Assembly (NCBI RefSeq): GCF_035084215.1
Contig: NC_090348.1
Coordinates: forward strand, 38,440,001 to 38,504,000
Direction of reading: 5' to 3'
Length of the DNA stretch: 64,000 bases
Origin: Heptranchias perlo
Taxonomy: Eukaryota
The position numbers and the translations under genes were made by a program. The notes under the pieces are model-generated. The model had not been told where the DNA came from. It saw only the letters and a list, made by a program, of their open reading frames with translations, and did not search any database. The first letter of the stretch is position 1, and each line of letters opens with the position of its first letter. This document shows positions 11,960-25,690 of this stretch, one piece after another.

Positions 11960-13050
11960 AATTATCTAGAGTTATACAAGATAGTTAAGGAAATGAAATA
12001 TTACTTTAAATTAATTTACAGGAGCGGATCAATGGGACACTGGTTCAAACTAGGAAATAATTTATGTATTTATGACTGATATTAAGAGAAATGTGAAGTG
12101 ATCCCTTTTGGTATAAAGAATGAGGAGAGGCAATATAAACTAAATGGTACAATTTTAAAGGGAGTGCAGGAATAGAGAGATCTGGGGGTTCACATACACA
12201 AATTTTTGAAGAAAACAGGACAAGTTGTGAAGGCTGTTAAAAAAGTATATGGAATCCGAGGCTTTATTAATAGAGGCATAGGGTATAAAAGCAAGGAAGT
12301 TATGCTAAAGCTTTATAAAACACTGGTTAGGCCTAAGCTGGACTATTGTGTTCAATTCTGGGCACCACACTTTAGAAAGGATGTCAAGGCCTTAGAGAGG
12401 ATGCAGAAGAGATTTACCAGAATGATACCAGGGATGAGGGACTTCAGTTATGTGGAGAGACTGGAGAAGCTGGGGTTGTTCTTCTTAGAGCAGAGAAGAT
12501 TAAGGGGAGATTTGATAGATGTGTTCAAAATCATGAATGGTTTTGACAGAGTAAATAAGGAGACACTGTTTCTAGTGGCGGAAGGGTTGGTAACCAGAGG
12601 ACACAAATTAAAGATGATCGACAAAAGAGCCAGAGGTGACATGAGGAAACATTTTTTTTATGCAGTGAGTTGCAACGATCGGAATGTACCACCTGAAAGG
12701 GTGGTGGAAGCAGATTACTTCATATACTTGAAGGGAAAAACGTTACAGGGCTATGGGGAAAGAGCAGGGGAATGGGACTACTTGGATAGCTCTGTTAAAG
12801 AGCTGGCGCAGGCACGATGGGCCGAATGGCCTCCTCCTGTGCTGTATCTACTGTGATACTATGAAATCCCTCATCACACATAGGTGATCACTGTATGGAA
12901 TGGACTTCCAGACAGACTATTGGAGGCAAAAATCCGGCAATCATTTAAGAAACAACTGGATGTTGCAATGGGGAGACTTTAGGGTCTATCTGGATGAATG
13001 AATCAAGATGGGCCGAATGGCCTTCATCGTCTGTAATTATCCTGTGATCT
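11960..13050 (+). mobile_element. Old CR1 3' remnant hosting the younger CR1 at 12086-12864
   Basis: GGGACACTGGTTCAAACTAG precedes the insertion and GTATGGAATGGACTTCCAG...AAGATGGGCCGAATGGCCTTC follows it. GAAAT occurs at both junctions. Confidence 0.55.
12086..12864 (+). mobile_element. 5'-truncated CR1 LINE
   Basis: ORF 12206..12856 contains LYKTLVRPKLDYCVQFWAP and RRLRGDLIDVFKIM, followed by a CR1 3' UTR. Confidence 0.93.
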
Positions 13051-13334
13051 TGTAGCAAAGGGTTGAAGTTGCTAACTGAATCTGAACCAATTCATAATGC
13101 ACAAAAGGACAAGCAAGGAGTTAAAAATGGGCCAGAGTTTAATTGACAAAGATGTATACTGTATCAATAGTATATAATGCATTTTGTGTGGGTCCCCTTG
13201 CAAATACTGACATCTCCTGGATACCCCCTGCAAATATTGAAACACTTCCAGAAACCCTCCACCTAACTTCTAATGGTGTCAGCTACCCAAAAGGGAAAAG
13301 AGCGTTATTACTGAAGAAAGCATTTTATTTTACA

Positions 13335-15339
13335 TCTCCTCTCCCTTAAATCCATGGGATGCAGACTTGAACGTTTATGGCGGACAACTGGTTTAGGCAT
13401 TCATCACCAGATTTGGCAGGACCACGTAAAACACTATCTGATCCTGCTCTCCTCTGCCAAAACTGTTCACTATTCCAAGATCACCCTGGAATGCAAAGAT
13501 AAACCCTGGCTTCTCTTCTCCACTACAAACCATCTCCTTAAACCCCTCTCCCCTGTCTCCTCCACCCTCATCTCCAACAACAAAGGCATGGAGCTCATGG
13601 ACTACTTTGTCACTAAGATTGAGACCATCCGTTCAGCTGCCTCTGTCACTTCCCTCCCTTCCCCTAGCTCACCAAGCCCAAACTTCCCCTATGGTTCCCC
13701 CCTGCCCTAGCCCTGAACTCACATCTTTCTCTAGTTTCTCTCCTATCTCCCCTCATGTCCTCTCCAAGCTCATCTTGACCATGAGACCCACCACCTGCTC
13801 GTTTGATCCTATTCCCATCAAACTGCTGACCACCCAACATCCCTTCCTGGCCCCCATGTTAGCTGATATTATTAATGGTTCCATCTCCTCAGGTACTGTC
13901 TCCCTCCCCTTCAAATCTGCCATCATCACCCACCTCCTTAAAAACCCACCCATGACCTCTCTGTCCTTGCAAACTGGCACCCATCTCCAAACTCCCTTTC
14001 CTCTCCAAAGTTCTTGAAAGTGTTGTCACCTCCTAAATCCGTGACCACCTTTCCCGCACCTCTATGTTTGAATCCCTCCAATCAGGTTTCCACCCCTGCC
14101 ATAGTACTGAAACGGCCCTTATCAAAGTCACAAATTATCCTATGTCAAAACATCCTATGTCACTGTGACGATGATAAATTATCCCTCCTCATTGTTCTCG
14201 ACCTGTCCGCAGCCTTTGACATGATTGATCACATTATCCTCCTCCAAGGCCTATCTTCCGTCGTCCAGCTGGGTGGGACTGCCCTCGACTGGTTCCATTC
14301 TTATCTATCCAGAGTAGCCAGGGAATCACCTGCAATGGCTTCTCTTCCCACTCCCGCACTGTTACCTCTGGGGTCCCCCAATGATCTATCCTTGGCCCCC
14401 TCCTATTTCTCATCTGCATGCCATCCTTTGGCAACATCATCCAAAAACACGTCAGGTTCCACATGTACGCTGACGATACCCAGGTCTACCACACCTCACC
14501 TCCCTCGACCCCTCCACTGTCAGATTTGTCACATTGTTTGTCTGACATCCGGTATTGGATGAGCAAAAATTTCCTCCAACTAAATATTGGGAAGACCGAA
14601 GCCATTGTCTTCAGTCCCCGCCACAATCTGCATTCCCTAGCCACCGACTCCATTCCTCTCGCTGGCCACTGTCTGAGGCTGAACCAGACAATTCGCAAAC
14701 TTGGCGTCCTATTTAATCTGGAGATGAGCTTCCGACCACATATCCGCTCCATCGCCAAGACCGCCTACTTCCACCTCCGTAACATTGCCAATTTCCGCCC
14801 CTGCCTCAGCTCATCTGCTGCTGAAACCCTCATCCATGCCTTTGTTACCTCTAGACTTGACTATTCCAATGCTCTCTTGGACGGCCTCCCATCTTCCACA
14901 AACTTGAGCTCACCCGAAACTCTGCTACCCGTATCCAGTCTGGGAACGCCTCAATTTTAAAATTCTCATCCTTGTTTTCAATCCCTCCGTGGCCTCACCC
15001 CTCTCTATCTCTGTAATCTCCTCCAGCCCTACAACCCTCCGAGATCTCTGCGCTCCTCCAATTCTTGCCTCTTGCGCATGCCTGATTTTAATCACTCCAC
15101 CATTGGCTGCCATGACCTTAAGCTTTGGAATTTGTCCCCTAAACCTCTCCATCTCTCTACCTCTCTCTCCTCCTTTAAGATGCTCCTTAAAACCTACCTC
15201 TTGGATCAAGTTTTGGTCACCTGACCTAATATCGCCTTATGTGGCTCAGTGTCAAATTTTGTTTGAAAATCGTTCCTGTGAAGCGCCTTGGGACGTTTTA
15301 CTACGTTAAAGGCGCTATATAAATGCAAGTTGTTGTTGT
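13335..15339 (+). mobile_element. 5'-truncated, frameshifted L2 LINE
   Basis: LDLSAAFDMIDH, MYADDTQVY, WMSKNFLQLNIGKTE and IHAFVTSRLDYSN. The 3' end is TTGGGACGTTTTACTACGTTAAAGGCGCTATATAAATGCAAG(TTG)n. Confidence 0.93.
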
Positions 15340-16534
15340 AGTGTATAGCAGAGCTATCATGCTTCTAAGCCACCAATTTCAGAAAAATTCACAACTCTGA
15401 TGTGGTCAGAAATCCATGACCTCAAGGACCTTCTAAGACCTTCTCATGAAATCCCTAGGGTCTAGACACCCCAGCTTGAAAGTTTGGACACCGTGTAGGG
15501 CTGAGGCTTCAGGAATGCAAGTATGACAGGAAGAGATGGATGGTAAGGATGCAAGTGAACAGAAGAATAAAATAAATTTTGATAGGTGTTTCACTTGGCA
15601 CAACGTGGAGAGAAGCCTGTGCAAAGGACAAAAAAAAACGTAAATCAAGAGATCGCAGAGCAAAGTGTCACAGAATAACATAATATTCTGAAAGCAGTTG
15701 GCTGAACAACTCGAGTTGATTCCTGAAGCACCGAGTGAAAATAATACATTGATCAATTAGTAACAACGCGGCTCAAGGGCAATATCTTGTATATAGTAAA
15801 TTAAAATTCAGAGAGTGACAGGAAGAATTCCTTTCATACACCTGTGCTGACTGTTTTTTTTTTAAAGAATGTCTAGACTTTAAAGCAGAAATGTGCATTC
15901 CACTTTCACTACAAAGATCCTCAAATTTAGATACTCACAAAGCCAATGTGAAAGGCCTTCTGGACCACCAGAGAGCAGAGGAGGATTCCTCCACTCCGAC
16001 CCGGAGTGCCTCACCCCACATTCTCTCCTGGATCATATGGGCAGGCAGTAAATGTGAAAGTGCAAAGTTACAATTTCGTTTGTTCAACTACAATCAGCAA
16101 AGGATCATCTGAGTAAAATATATTTTACTTTTCAAGAAGCTCCTTTTAGGTTCTTAGGAAAAGATTCTCCTTTTAGAGTTTAGGTAAATGTCAACATGTC
16201 TGTAAAGTTAAATGTACCTTTAAGTGCTTGAGTGGCCCACTATAGGTAATGATATTTTATATTTTGGAATGGTTCATTGTTCATAGAAAAATGCAGGTTC
16301 TGCGGAATCCTATTTAAATGTACTGCATTTGTCTCGGTATAAAACAGCTATATGCTTTGTAGTGTATAAGGTGACATTTGCATATTAACACTAGCGCAAG
16401 GGCTGCAATTCTTAGTCAGCGATGTTGACAGCTCTGGAATGGCAACATGAGGAAAACGCTGGGTGAGATTTATGATCAAAAAGAGTGAGACCCAGTACAA
16501 ACTCAATTAAACGCATTTGGGGCTGTGTTTTATT

Positions 16535-16780
16535 TTGCACATCCCCGATTTTCTTTGCTCCACCAATGGCGGCGGTGCCTTCAGCTGCCTAGGCCCTAAG
16601 CTCTGAAATTCCCTCCCTAAACCTCTCCTTCTTTAAGACACTCCTTAAAATCTACCTCTTTGACCAAGCTTTTGGTCACCTATCCTAATATGTGACTTGG
16701 TGTCAAATTTTGTTTGACAATCACTCCTGTGGGATGTTTTACTACAATAAAGGCGCTATATAAATGCAAGTTGTTGTTGT
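16535..16780 (+). mobile_element. L2 3' end fragment
   Basis: CTCCTTAAAATCTACCTCTTTGACCAAGCTTTTGGTCACC...AAAGGCGCTATATAAATGCAAGTTGTTGTTGT. Confidence 0.85.
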
Positions 16781-18799
16781 AGACATATCAGAGCAGGAGT
16801 TTGTCATTCAGAACATGTGCACAAGTGTATTATCCTGACAGTTTTTTTACATCAATGGGAAGTGCCATAACTTACCGAACATGAACAAAAGTGTATCTTG
16901 TCACTCTTGTATTTTCTGGGAAGAGCTGTCATCGACAGACCCCATGTCCAGTAAGTCAAGCACAATCCTGTCCATTGGTGTTGGATGTAGATTGGCTCAG
17001 ATAATACTGTATAGGTTCTTAATAGAACACTTAGTATTGAAATGGTGTGGAAAGCTTTTTGTGTTGTTTAAATTATATTTAACTCAATTGACTTGATGGT
17101 TATATCATATATTTAATAACGATATATTTTATTATCTTGTGAAAGTAATTATGTAGGAGGTGATGCTTCATCAATACTTAAAGATAATTATAATGTCTGC
17201 AGGTTAAATGAAGCAACCTAGTAATTATCCTATCAAGTCAATCCATTTGAACGCGTTAGTGTATATAGATAGTTATAGGTTTGTTGCCTGTGTCAAAGGT
17301 TTGCATGATTTATGGAAAAAAGCTACAGTGCTCCATGCCGGGGGCTATCTGGTAAATTCTCTGCAAAGGTGTGCTAGGTAGGCAACCCAGACCGGCAGGA
17401 AACAGCCGAGAGGCAACAAACTCCAACAAGCACAAACCACTTCAGCAGCTCAATTAACAGATGCTCTTTGTTGCAGTACGTGAGAAAGGTCCACCCATGC
17501 AATCTTGGGTTAAATCAACAAGGCAGCTGTTAGCAAAGTGCTCAAAATGCTCTAGACACGTCAATCTTGCAAGCATTCACCTTTTCCAGTGATGGTCCGC
17601 CCTTCTCCTTCACACATAGGCTGTGGACTCAGCGGTCGTGAGTCAACGCAGAAATCTAAAGTTACAGTGTAACGTGTGTAAAAAAAAAGAAATCTGCAAA
17701 CATTTTTCACAAATACCTCATTGCTAATTAAGTTACCTCGTCAGCCTGCACTTAAAGTTGGCTGCATATAGAAGCAGCAGTATTCCCTGCCGGAATGGAG
17801 ATGATTGGGTAATTTTCCCATCAATCACGCCTGGAGCCCGCACCGCTGTAAGTGACTGGGATTACCTGGAAGTTAGCACTTGCTGGCTTCCTGCATTGCT
17901 GTGTATTCATAGCATTTTATTTTAAAGGAGGAGCTGTAGTATTGTTCATAGTCTTTATTCACTTTTTACTCATGTTTCATAGTCCCCATTTTTATGTTTT
18001 TCCCCCCCTTCGTTTTGGGTCCCAGACTACTGCTGATCAGATAGATTGGTGACCTCTACTTCCCCCCCCACCTCACTCCCCTCCAATTTTCCTCCCTCTT
18101 TTCCTGATGGTACCAATTTATGCTGGGGTGTTGTTTGAAGGGGAGGGGAAGAGAGCGGCCCTTCAATACCTTACCTCAATGTCCACTCTTCATGTGTGAG
18201 CCTAGGCCCAAATGTTGACAAGCTGTTGAACTGTGGGTGGCATCACAGCCATGCCTGATCCACTTGCACTTTCTAGCAGGAATCAATGGATAGTATTCAG
18301 GAGCAGGAACTCTGGATGTTCACTTTCTCTTCCCTTGCCCAGGGGCAATTAGGCTAGTTGTGTTGCCTCAAATGCAATCAACCAATTCAACACAGATTGG
18401 CAATCAAATATATAACCTTCTAGTCTGTTGACCGAGCACTACTCCGAGCAGTGATCTACCAACTGTTGTCAGTATCGGTGTTATTCTAAACCTTTACCTT
18501 CACTGTTTCATGTAGTCTTCTCAATTAAAAAAGGAGTCCATTTCCCCTGATGGTCTAGTGGGAAATGAAAAGAAAGCATTTATAGAGCACCTTTCACATC
18601 CTTAGGCTGTCCTAAAGTATGCCAATTTGTCTCAGTTAGAAAGGCATGGTTTCAATCCCATGACAGATTTCAACATAACCTACCCTGACACATTGGAGTC
18701 GTACTAAGGGAGTGCTGCATTATCAGAGGTGCTGTCATTTAGAGGCTCTGTCTACCTGCTCAAGTGGATGTGAAAGATCCCATGACATTATTTGCAGAA

Positions 18800-18900
18800 T
18801 TGTAAACAATTTTACAACACCAAGTTATAGTCCAGCAATTTTATTTTAAATTCACAAGCTTTCGGAGGCTTCCCCCTTCCTCAGGTGAACGATGTGAAAG
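18800..18900 (-). mobile_element. Penelope-like terminal-repeat fragment (family B)
   Basis: TTGTAAACAATTTTACAACACCAAGTTATAGTCC... is near-identical to 48986-49075 and to the reverse complement of 11701-11790. Confidence 0.85.
18851..18889 (-). ncRNA. Minimal type I hammerhead ribozyme with an intact core
   Basis: The minus strand reads UUCAC-CUGAGGA-A-GGGGG AAG CCUCC-GAAA-GC-UU-GUGAA: stem I UUCAC/GUGAA, CUGANGA plus an extra A, stem II, GAAA, and a palindromic AAGCUU at stem III. Confidence 0.75.
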
Positions 18901-20345
18901 AGGGAGAAGAGGGAGGAGTTCTCCCAGTTTCCTGGCCAACATTCCTCTTTCGATCAACACCATCAAAGCAGATTATCTGGTCACTCATTCACTTTCTGTT
19001 GGTGCAAATTGCCTACATGACAATAGTGTCTGTACTGCAAAAAAATCCACCAGTTATAAAGCATTGAGATATCCCGAGGAAATGAAAAGTGCTATATCAA
19101 TGCAAATTATTTATTTTCTTTATCCACCAGGCCAGCAGGGTGAGATGAACCTCCCTTTTTAATTGGGAGTCTATTTGAAGGGACAAAGTCAACGTGTAAA
19201 ACGCCACCGATGTTGACAGCGGTTGCAGTCTCACTCAGAGGCCACACGATGTGTGAAATGGAAAAATGTGACTAATGTTAAACACTTTTGTATGGATGTT
19301 AAAAGCCAATAATAATTGCACCAAATGAGTTGCAGATGTCATCGAGAATACTGAAACAAAATCAGTGAAATAAGATGAATGGTGCAATATTCACTGCAAT
19401 GAATGATGCATAGTTTGGTACTCACATCAAGTTTAAATAGATTCTGGAATCTACTCTGCAGTGCATACCATTATATGATAATTAATATCACCAGGTTAGA
19501 ATTATTCAATTATCGTCTCCAAGGCGCTGGGATAATCACAGACAAGAATTATATAAAAGATGCTGTCTTTTATCGTGTGTGTTTCTGTCCGTATGTCTAT
19601 GTGCAAATCATTCTTTGTTGGCCAAGACATCGATTAAATAATTTGGAAAAATTCAAATAAGAAGCCAATGGTGATATAGTGAAAAGATTCATAATATTTA
19701 TGGGCATCTTTGAATTGGCACTAATTGTTTAAGGAATGCTACAGTCACTCGGGTCAAAGGAACAATGTTTCATTTGGTGGATCTCCCCAAGCCACCACCT
19801 GGTGAATTCATTCTGAACTCATTTTGCTTAGGGCTACAAACACTCATCATTGGCAGTACTCTTCTTTGCCCCTGGTTTCCTGCCAATCACAGAGATAAAT
19901 GTAGACTCAAAGAACAGAGGTCAACGGTATGAAGGCACAAGTGTAGGTTCCTCTACATCCACAAGATAAATATCTTGATAATGGAGAGCACTTAACAAGT
20001 GGATGTAATAATGGGATGAAATCATAAACCTGTCTTTTATAAGTGGGTTATGGTTTGGGTTACACAAAGCACACAGAGGAAATCTTTCTCATTGATTGGC
20101 CAGAGAACCCTTGGCTAAAAAAAGAGATGATCCCGAAGTAGTAATTAGAAAATTCTGGCAGAAAAAAATACTTCCTGATTAACAATGGATATCAGTCTTT
20201 TGGTAAAGTGTAATGATGGATTCTGAAACTTTTGTACTATATCCACCTGAACTGTGAAAACAGGCAACTGCGTGACACCAGGTTGGTGTACAGGTGCCAG
20301 TAGTAGGGATGGTCACAGTTATGATTGTCACACAAGAAGCACATT

Positions 20346-20468
20346 GGGGGTGAAATTGGTCTTGGTGGTAAACACTTCATTAGAAAAAAAAAATCAGGCG
20401 GAGTGTAAAACGGGCTGCCGATTTATTATCGCCCTATTTGCACTACCGCCCGAGGCCAATTCGCTCCC
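20346..20468. mobile_element. Short MITE-like element with imperfect terminal inverted repeats
   Basis: GGGGGTGAAATTGGTCTTGG ... CCGAGGCCAATTCGCTCCC. The internal part resembles 37152-37309 and 38434-38515. Confidence 0.6.
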
Positions 20469-21769
20469 ACTGGTTCCATATTAAAGTCTATTTATTAATA
20501 TTGTATTGATACTGATACACTAAATAAACACTGGTGGCTACACTGCTCTTATTATACACTCAATGAACAAAAGCACTACAGAAATAAAACATGGAAGGAA
20601 GAGTAAAGCTGGACATGTTAGGTTCGAACCTTCAATTGGCGAGGCTCACATATGAACATGCTCATTCTACGTTGTTGTCTGTGCAATAATTTGTAAACCT
20701 CACCGATCAGAAGTCTTCCTTTTTATCTATATGGAGGTTGCTCTGCAAGATGGCTGGCAGTGAGTTTCTGTGATTTAAGTCAATAGCATTATAAAATGGC
20801 AATATTGGCAGAAGCTTGACATTACACTGGTGTCTTTAGTAACAGCCATTTGTCATTCATTGTGTAAAATCTGGAGTTTTAGTTGTTGTGTTTTCTCACT
20901 GTTACCAGAATTGCTCTGTAGTGACACTGTAAATGTGTTCATAAAGATTTACTTTGTTCAGTATTTCTATAGGTTCAATAACCATTCACAGTCATCAGCA
21001 CCTCACTTATACTGTCTGGCTGTGATTGGGACTGCCATATCCAGGAGACATGTGTGCTCACACTCTGTTCCTGGCCATTATATTTTAAATAAAATGAGAA
21101 TGCGGATAGGAGCATCCACATAAACAATCAAACATTTAAGTCACCTCTGGGTAAGTTTATAAAGTGCAGTGTCAAATCCAAGTGGTGGGAGACCACCTCC
21201 GCCAGGGGGGTCTCACACTACTTTCTAACATCTCCCTTCATCCTCCTGGTGATAATCCTGAGTCTATCGTTCCTTTGTTAGCAATTTGTTAACCAGTGCA
21301 AACTATTTTTCACTATTTACCGTCTCTCTTGTATCCATTTATACGAGAGCTTGTCCAGGGTGTGGAGTGGGTAATGTTGATCTCAGTAAATAAAGGCTTG
21401 GAAGCAACTGAAGACCAGGCTCTAGTATTCTATCCTTCACCACCTGGCTATCCAATTTATTACATCAGCCTTTCATAATTTTGAGAACCTCCATTAGCTC
21501 CCCCCCCCTTAATCAAGTCAGGACCTGACTCCAAAGTTATACTGCAATGTCAGTACCTGCAGTGGTGCAACAGTTAGAATGTAATTGCATCCCAAGGTGC
21601 ATAATTAGTGGCCAAACAAAAATACCTTCAGTCAGTGATGGGGGAGAAGAGATAGAGAGAGAGAGGCGACAGGTTTCATGTTGTTGTGTTGCTGATTCCA
21701 TACTACAGTTACTGTTTATTTTTCCATATATAACCTTGTCTAGAATTTGTTAGGAAGAAGTTGACGATC

Positions 21770-22180
21770 CTATTATCCAAAGCTATACATGGGTCTTCAC
21801 AAATGAGGCTTGAAAAATTGGGACTCTTTTCACTGGAACAGAGAAGGTCAAGGGGGGTCTAATCTAATCTAATTGAAAATTATGAAAAATTTTCATGGTA
21901 TAAATAGTGAAAGATTGCTTCCAATAGTTGGTGAATTAGTAACTTTGGAGCACGGGCTCAGGATTATTTTAAGAAGAATAAAGGGGAAAATTAGAAGAAT
22001 TTGCTTTAAGTGGAGGATTATTAAACATGGAAAAAATTCTCATAAGTAGCTATTGAGGCATCATTTAAAAGGGAATTGAATGAGAATAGAAGAGGATGTG
22101 GGGGAAGAGCTAGGAAATGGAATTTGACCAGATAGCTCCAGCTGACGACCTCATACCTCCTGTCATTCTAGGATTCTATG
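21770..22180 (+). mobile_element. Old CR1 3' remnant
   Basis: LEKLGLFSLEQRRSRG coding remnant and tail ATTCTAGGATTCTATG. Confidence 0.7.
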
Positions 22181-23220
22181 AGAGGTGTCAAATATATCTT
22201 GGTACTCCTCTGGGATTCCCTAAAATCTAAGATCCTAAACTCATCCAGGTCATCGGGAGACAAGCAAAGGACTGACACTTTCCCAGAGAGAGGGAAGAAA
22301 GAAAAAAAATGAGAAAATCAGTCAATCTGCCATGTCAGTTCAACTCCTGGTAACCGAAGTTGGGAGTTGGAGAAGTTTGGGGTGCTATGATTACTTGGCT
22401 ACTTTCTTGGTACATGGCACATGATATAAAGTTAGCTAAAATTCAAAAGATGTAGCACAAAATTCTACAGCTATAATTCTGAGGGACTTAGAGCTGATGG
22501 TAAACAGAAGGAAACTACTATTAGGTGCAATAGGTTTGTGAGGGATAAGGTTTCCTCATAGTCTTGCCTCAGTTTTCTCTTCATACTTCAGAACAAGAAA
22601 TGGTAAACTGTCTGGCATGAAGAATTGGTCTGGTTGCTATGTGTTGTCACAACGACATTCGTGAACATTTTCTTTTGCCAGTATTTAGAAAAGATCAGTC
22701 CAGAATTTCCTTAAATAACGCGATGTGCAACTTACGCCATCAATGGCGGCATTTCGTGCCCCACCCTTCCCGTTGCAAACTTGCTCCAAATTTTGCCGGA
22801 AAAGTAATTTGAATACACTGCAGTGACCGTGATGGAGACCTTAGAAGCGGCGCAGCTAATGGCTTGCCCCGTCCGCATCTTATACTGGGCTAGGTGGCAG
22901 TCTGTCTCATGAGTTGATAGTTCTAAGTATGAAGTGGTAATTCTTCCATGTTCAACATGTCCAATGATGAAGAAGACAAGGGTAAAGTATTGCACATTGG
23001 AAGGACTAATTAATCAGATCAATATTGGCATGACCAGAGTCTAAATTTCATTCAGCTGAACTTGATCACTTGCAGAAAATTGTTTGAGTAATGGACACAC
23101 GCAGCTGCAGTATTGAGTTTTTAGGAACATTCTAAGTTAAAGAATATTTTTAATCATTTATTTAGAAGTTGACATGAGTAATTTAAATTAGCCTGAAAAA
23201 ATCTCAGATTAAACAAACGG

Positions 23221-23850
23221 GAGGGTGAAATTGGACTTACGTTTGCCTGTTTCTTGGGTGCAAAATGGGGGCAAAAAGTTCCAGTTTTGCATCGTTATGT
23301 CCTGCGCCCCAAGGGGGTTGGACACCATATTGGAAAAGGCGACATTCAGGCATCCCTGGTGGCCACCTTAAGCATATGCTAATAAGGGGCCTAAAACCTG
23401 TTTAAGGACCACTTCCTGAAATTGGCCATAAACTGAGCAGAGCATGCTCCGATCAGTTTGCCTGTTCCTGCCGTGGCCTAGCCAGCAATCCTTAAAGGGA
23501 CTGCTGGAGGCTGCCAACATAACGATAAGTTTTTTTTTCCTTTTGAACTTACCTTAATGTGGAGCCAGGAGGAACAGGATTGCTCCTGATAATTCCAAGG
23601 TTCTACTGCGGGCGGTTGCCAGCCACGATTGTCCATCCCTCCCCGCCCCGTTTGTCTCACCCCCTCCCCTTCCCAAAACCTACCAGAGAGCCACTGCTGG
23701 CATCGCAACCGGCCCAAATTGGTCCAGAAGATACCAGCGAGCTGCCTCAGTAGGCCCTACTTTCCGATATTCAGATGAGGCTGAGGCTCAATTTTGAATG
23801 AGCCTCCAGCTTCCAGAGCAAGCTGCAAGCATGCCGATTATTTTGGGCCT
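23221..23850. mobile_element. Degraded GC-rich DNA-transposon-like remnant
   Basis: It starts GAGGGTGAAATTGG (same terminal motif as 20346 and 38434) and is CpG/GC-rich relative to its flanks. Confidence 0.4.
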
Positions 23851-23954
23851 GAAAACGGGTCTAAATGAATTGAGATGTGGAGGCACTTCATTGCCTTACA
23901 CCGTGCAAATAACATACACCAAACCGAAGGCATCATGACAAAGATGAAGTGTTT

Positions 23955-24306
23955 TAATGGGTTGGGACATTTTTACCATGTTAAAGGAGCTATACAAGTG
24001 CCAGTTGTTGTTGTCTGGCCTCTTGCGTTTCCCCGATTTTCATCGCTCGACCATTGTTGGCTGTACTTTCAGCTTCCCAGGCCCTAATTCCTGGAATTCC
24101 CTCCCTAAACTTCTCCACCTCTCTACCTCACTCTCCTCCTTTTAAGGCACTCCTTAAAATTTACCTCTTTGACCAAGCTTTTGGTTACCTGTCCTAATAT
24201 CTCCTTGTATGGCTCGGTGTCAAATTTTGTTTGATAATCACTCCTGTGAAGCGCCTTGGGATGTTTTACTATGTTAAAGGTGCTAAATTAAATGCAACTT
24301 GTTGTT
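23955..24306 (+). mobile_element. Two tandem L2 3' ends
   Basis: One tail TTGGGACATTTTTACCATGTTAAAGGAGCTATAC...GTTGTTGTTGT at ~23960-24014 is directly followed by a longer L2 3' fragment that ends in the same tail at ~24306. Confidence 0.8.
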
Positions 24307-25569
24307 TTAGCTAAGAATTAAAAAATATCGAGAAAGAGCAGAGATTTCATTTTACTTGAATGAATTATTTTGAACTCGTGCCTAAATACATTGACCTGTG
24401 GCATTATTTTTCAGCCTAAGTGGCTGCAGTGAGAAAATTGACGTAAATTCAGGAAATTCGCAATTGCCATAACTTGACTGGGAGTAGGGGCAGATCTGAG
24501 ATAATCAATTCTGCAAGGTTTTGGCAAGGAAATTGGTGCAAAAGTTCCAGGAAATGATGGCATGGTGCGAACAATGGCATAAGTCACTTACGCCATGATT
24601 TCCTTTGGACTTTTATGGTGTAAAATGAACCCAACCCTGTAGATGCGCAATTCCAATGGCGCAAGTCTCCAGGAAACTCTGGGTCCAACGGTTTCGTTAC
24701 AAATATCGGCCAGAGAAAACCTTCCTGAATGTACTGATGATGCCACTACACACAGCGTCCAGAGCAATTGTTCCACCACAATCACTTAAATTTCTGCACC
24801 TACCCAGCAGTCCATTCATGGCATTGTTGGGCGTACTGGGCTCAGGGCCTTGAGGCACGATATCGCAAAGCTGAAGGTTTGCCAAGCACTGGGTCATTGA
24901 TTCATTGTTCGGCTGCATTTTAACAATGGATGTAAGGCACCTATGTATCAGAGTGGATGGTAGACATCCCATTCTCCCTATATTGGCTGCACTCCACAGT
25001 ATAAACAACCCATCCTATCTGAAACTGACGGCATTGCGGAACCAAGAAAATGAATCTGCCGTTGGGTTAAGGCTGGGTGTTCCAATAAGGTAAATATGAG
25101 AAACATTTGCCCTTAATAACAATCAGCTCTCTGCATTACACAGTGAAGCCCAGCAGCATTACAGAGATTGACACTGATAGAATGAGTAAAAGGGGAAGAG
25201 CAGCACATGAGGTCACTCCCCAAGACAAAAACAGTTTTAGTAAGGAGTATATAACCACCTAAAATTCTACTGAATGTTGAATTGTCTTTATACCAAAACA
25301 CAATTTAAACTGAACAAAACCCTGAAGATGTTGCCCTCTCTCTATTCCCTCCAAATAAATTTCTCTTCCACCAACATTGCCAGTGCAGCACCATAGAGCT
25401 AATTTCACCACATCGCCCTCCCAACGCAGGGCCTTGTCGTGATGGGGGGAGCTAGCCCACAATCCTGATGTGTGCTCATACCGAGCTAGGCATGCAACTT
25501 TGTAAAACCAACTCTCTTTTGTGAGCTTGAAGTGCATACTTGTACTTGCAGCAGTATCAAGGGGATTGG

Positions 25570-25690
25570 CTGAGCTCCAGAGAGTAATTCACCGGTCTCC
25601 TGTGCTACCGATTCAAAAGAACTGAATGAACAATCAGTAGAAAATAGAGCAGTTGAGCAGGACCATTTGACATTTGATTTTAAACAAAAG
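25570..25690 (+). other. Candidate non-coding 5' exon (start uncertain)
   Basis: Consensus donor AAG|GTAAGT at 25690/25691 and a reverse CCAAT box (GATTGG) at 25564-25569, within a repeat-poor block. Confidence 0.3.

Larger units (their letters stand above)
18630..19120 (+). mobile_element. Deu-SINE interrupted by a PLE terminal fragment
   Basis: B-box-like GGTTTCAATCCC, Deu core GGGAGTGCTGCATTATCAGAGGTGCTGTC and tail GTGCTATATCAATGCAA. Confidence 0.75.

Noticed and set aside
16876-17006. Possible minus-strand exon (donor CG|GTAAGT, one open frame)
   Set aside because: The polypyrimidine tract is weak, the peptide is unrecognisable and no partner exons were found.
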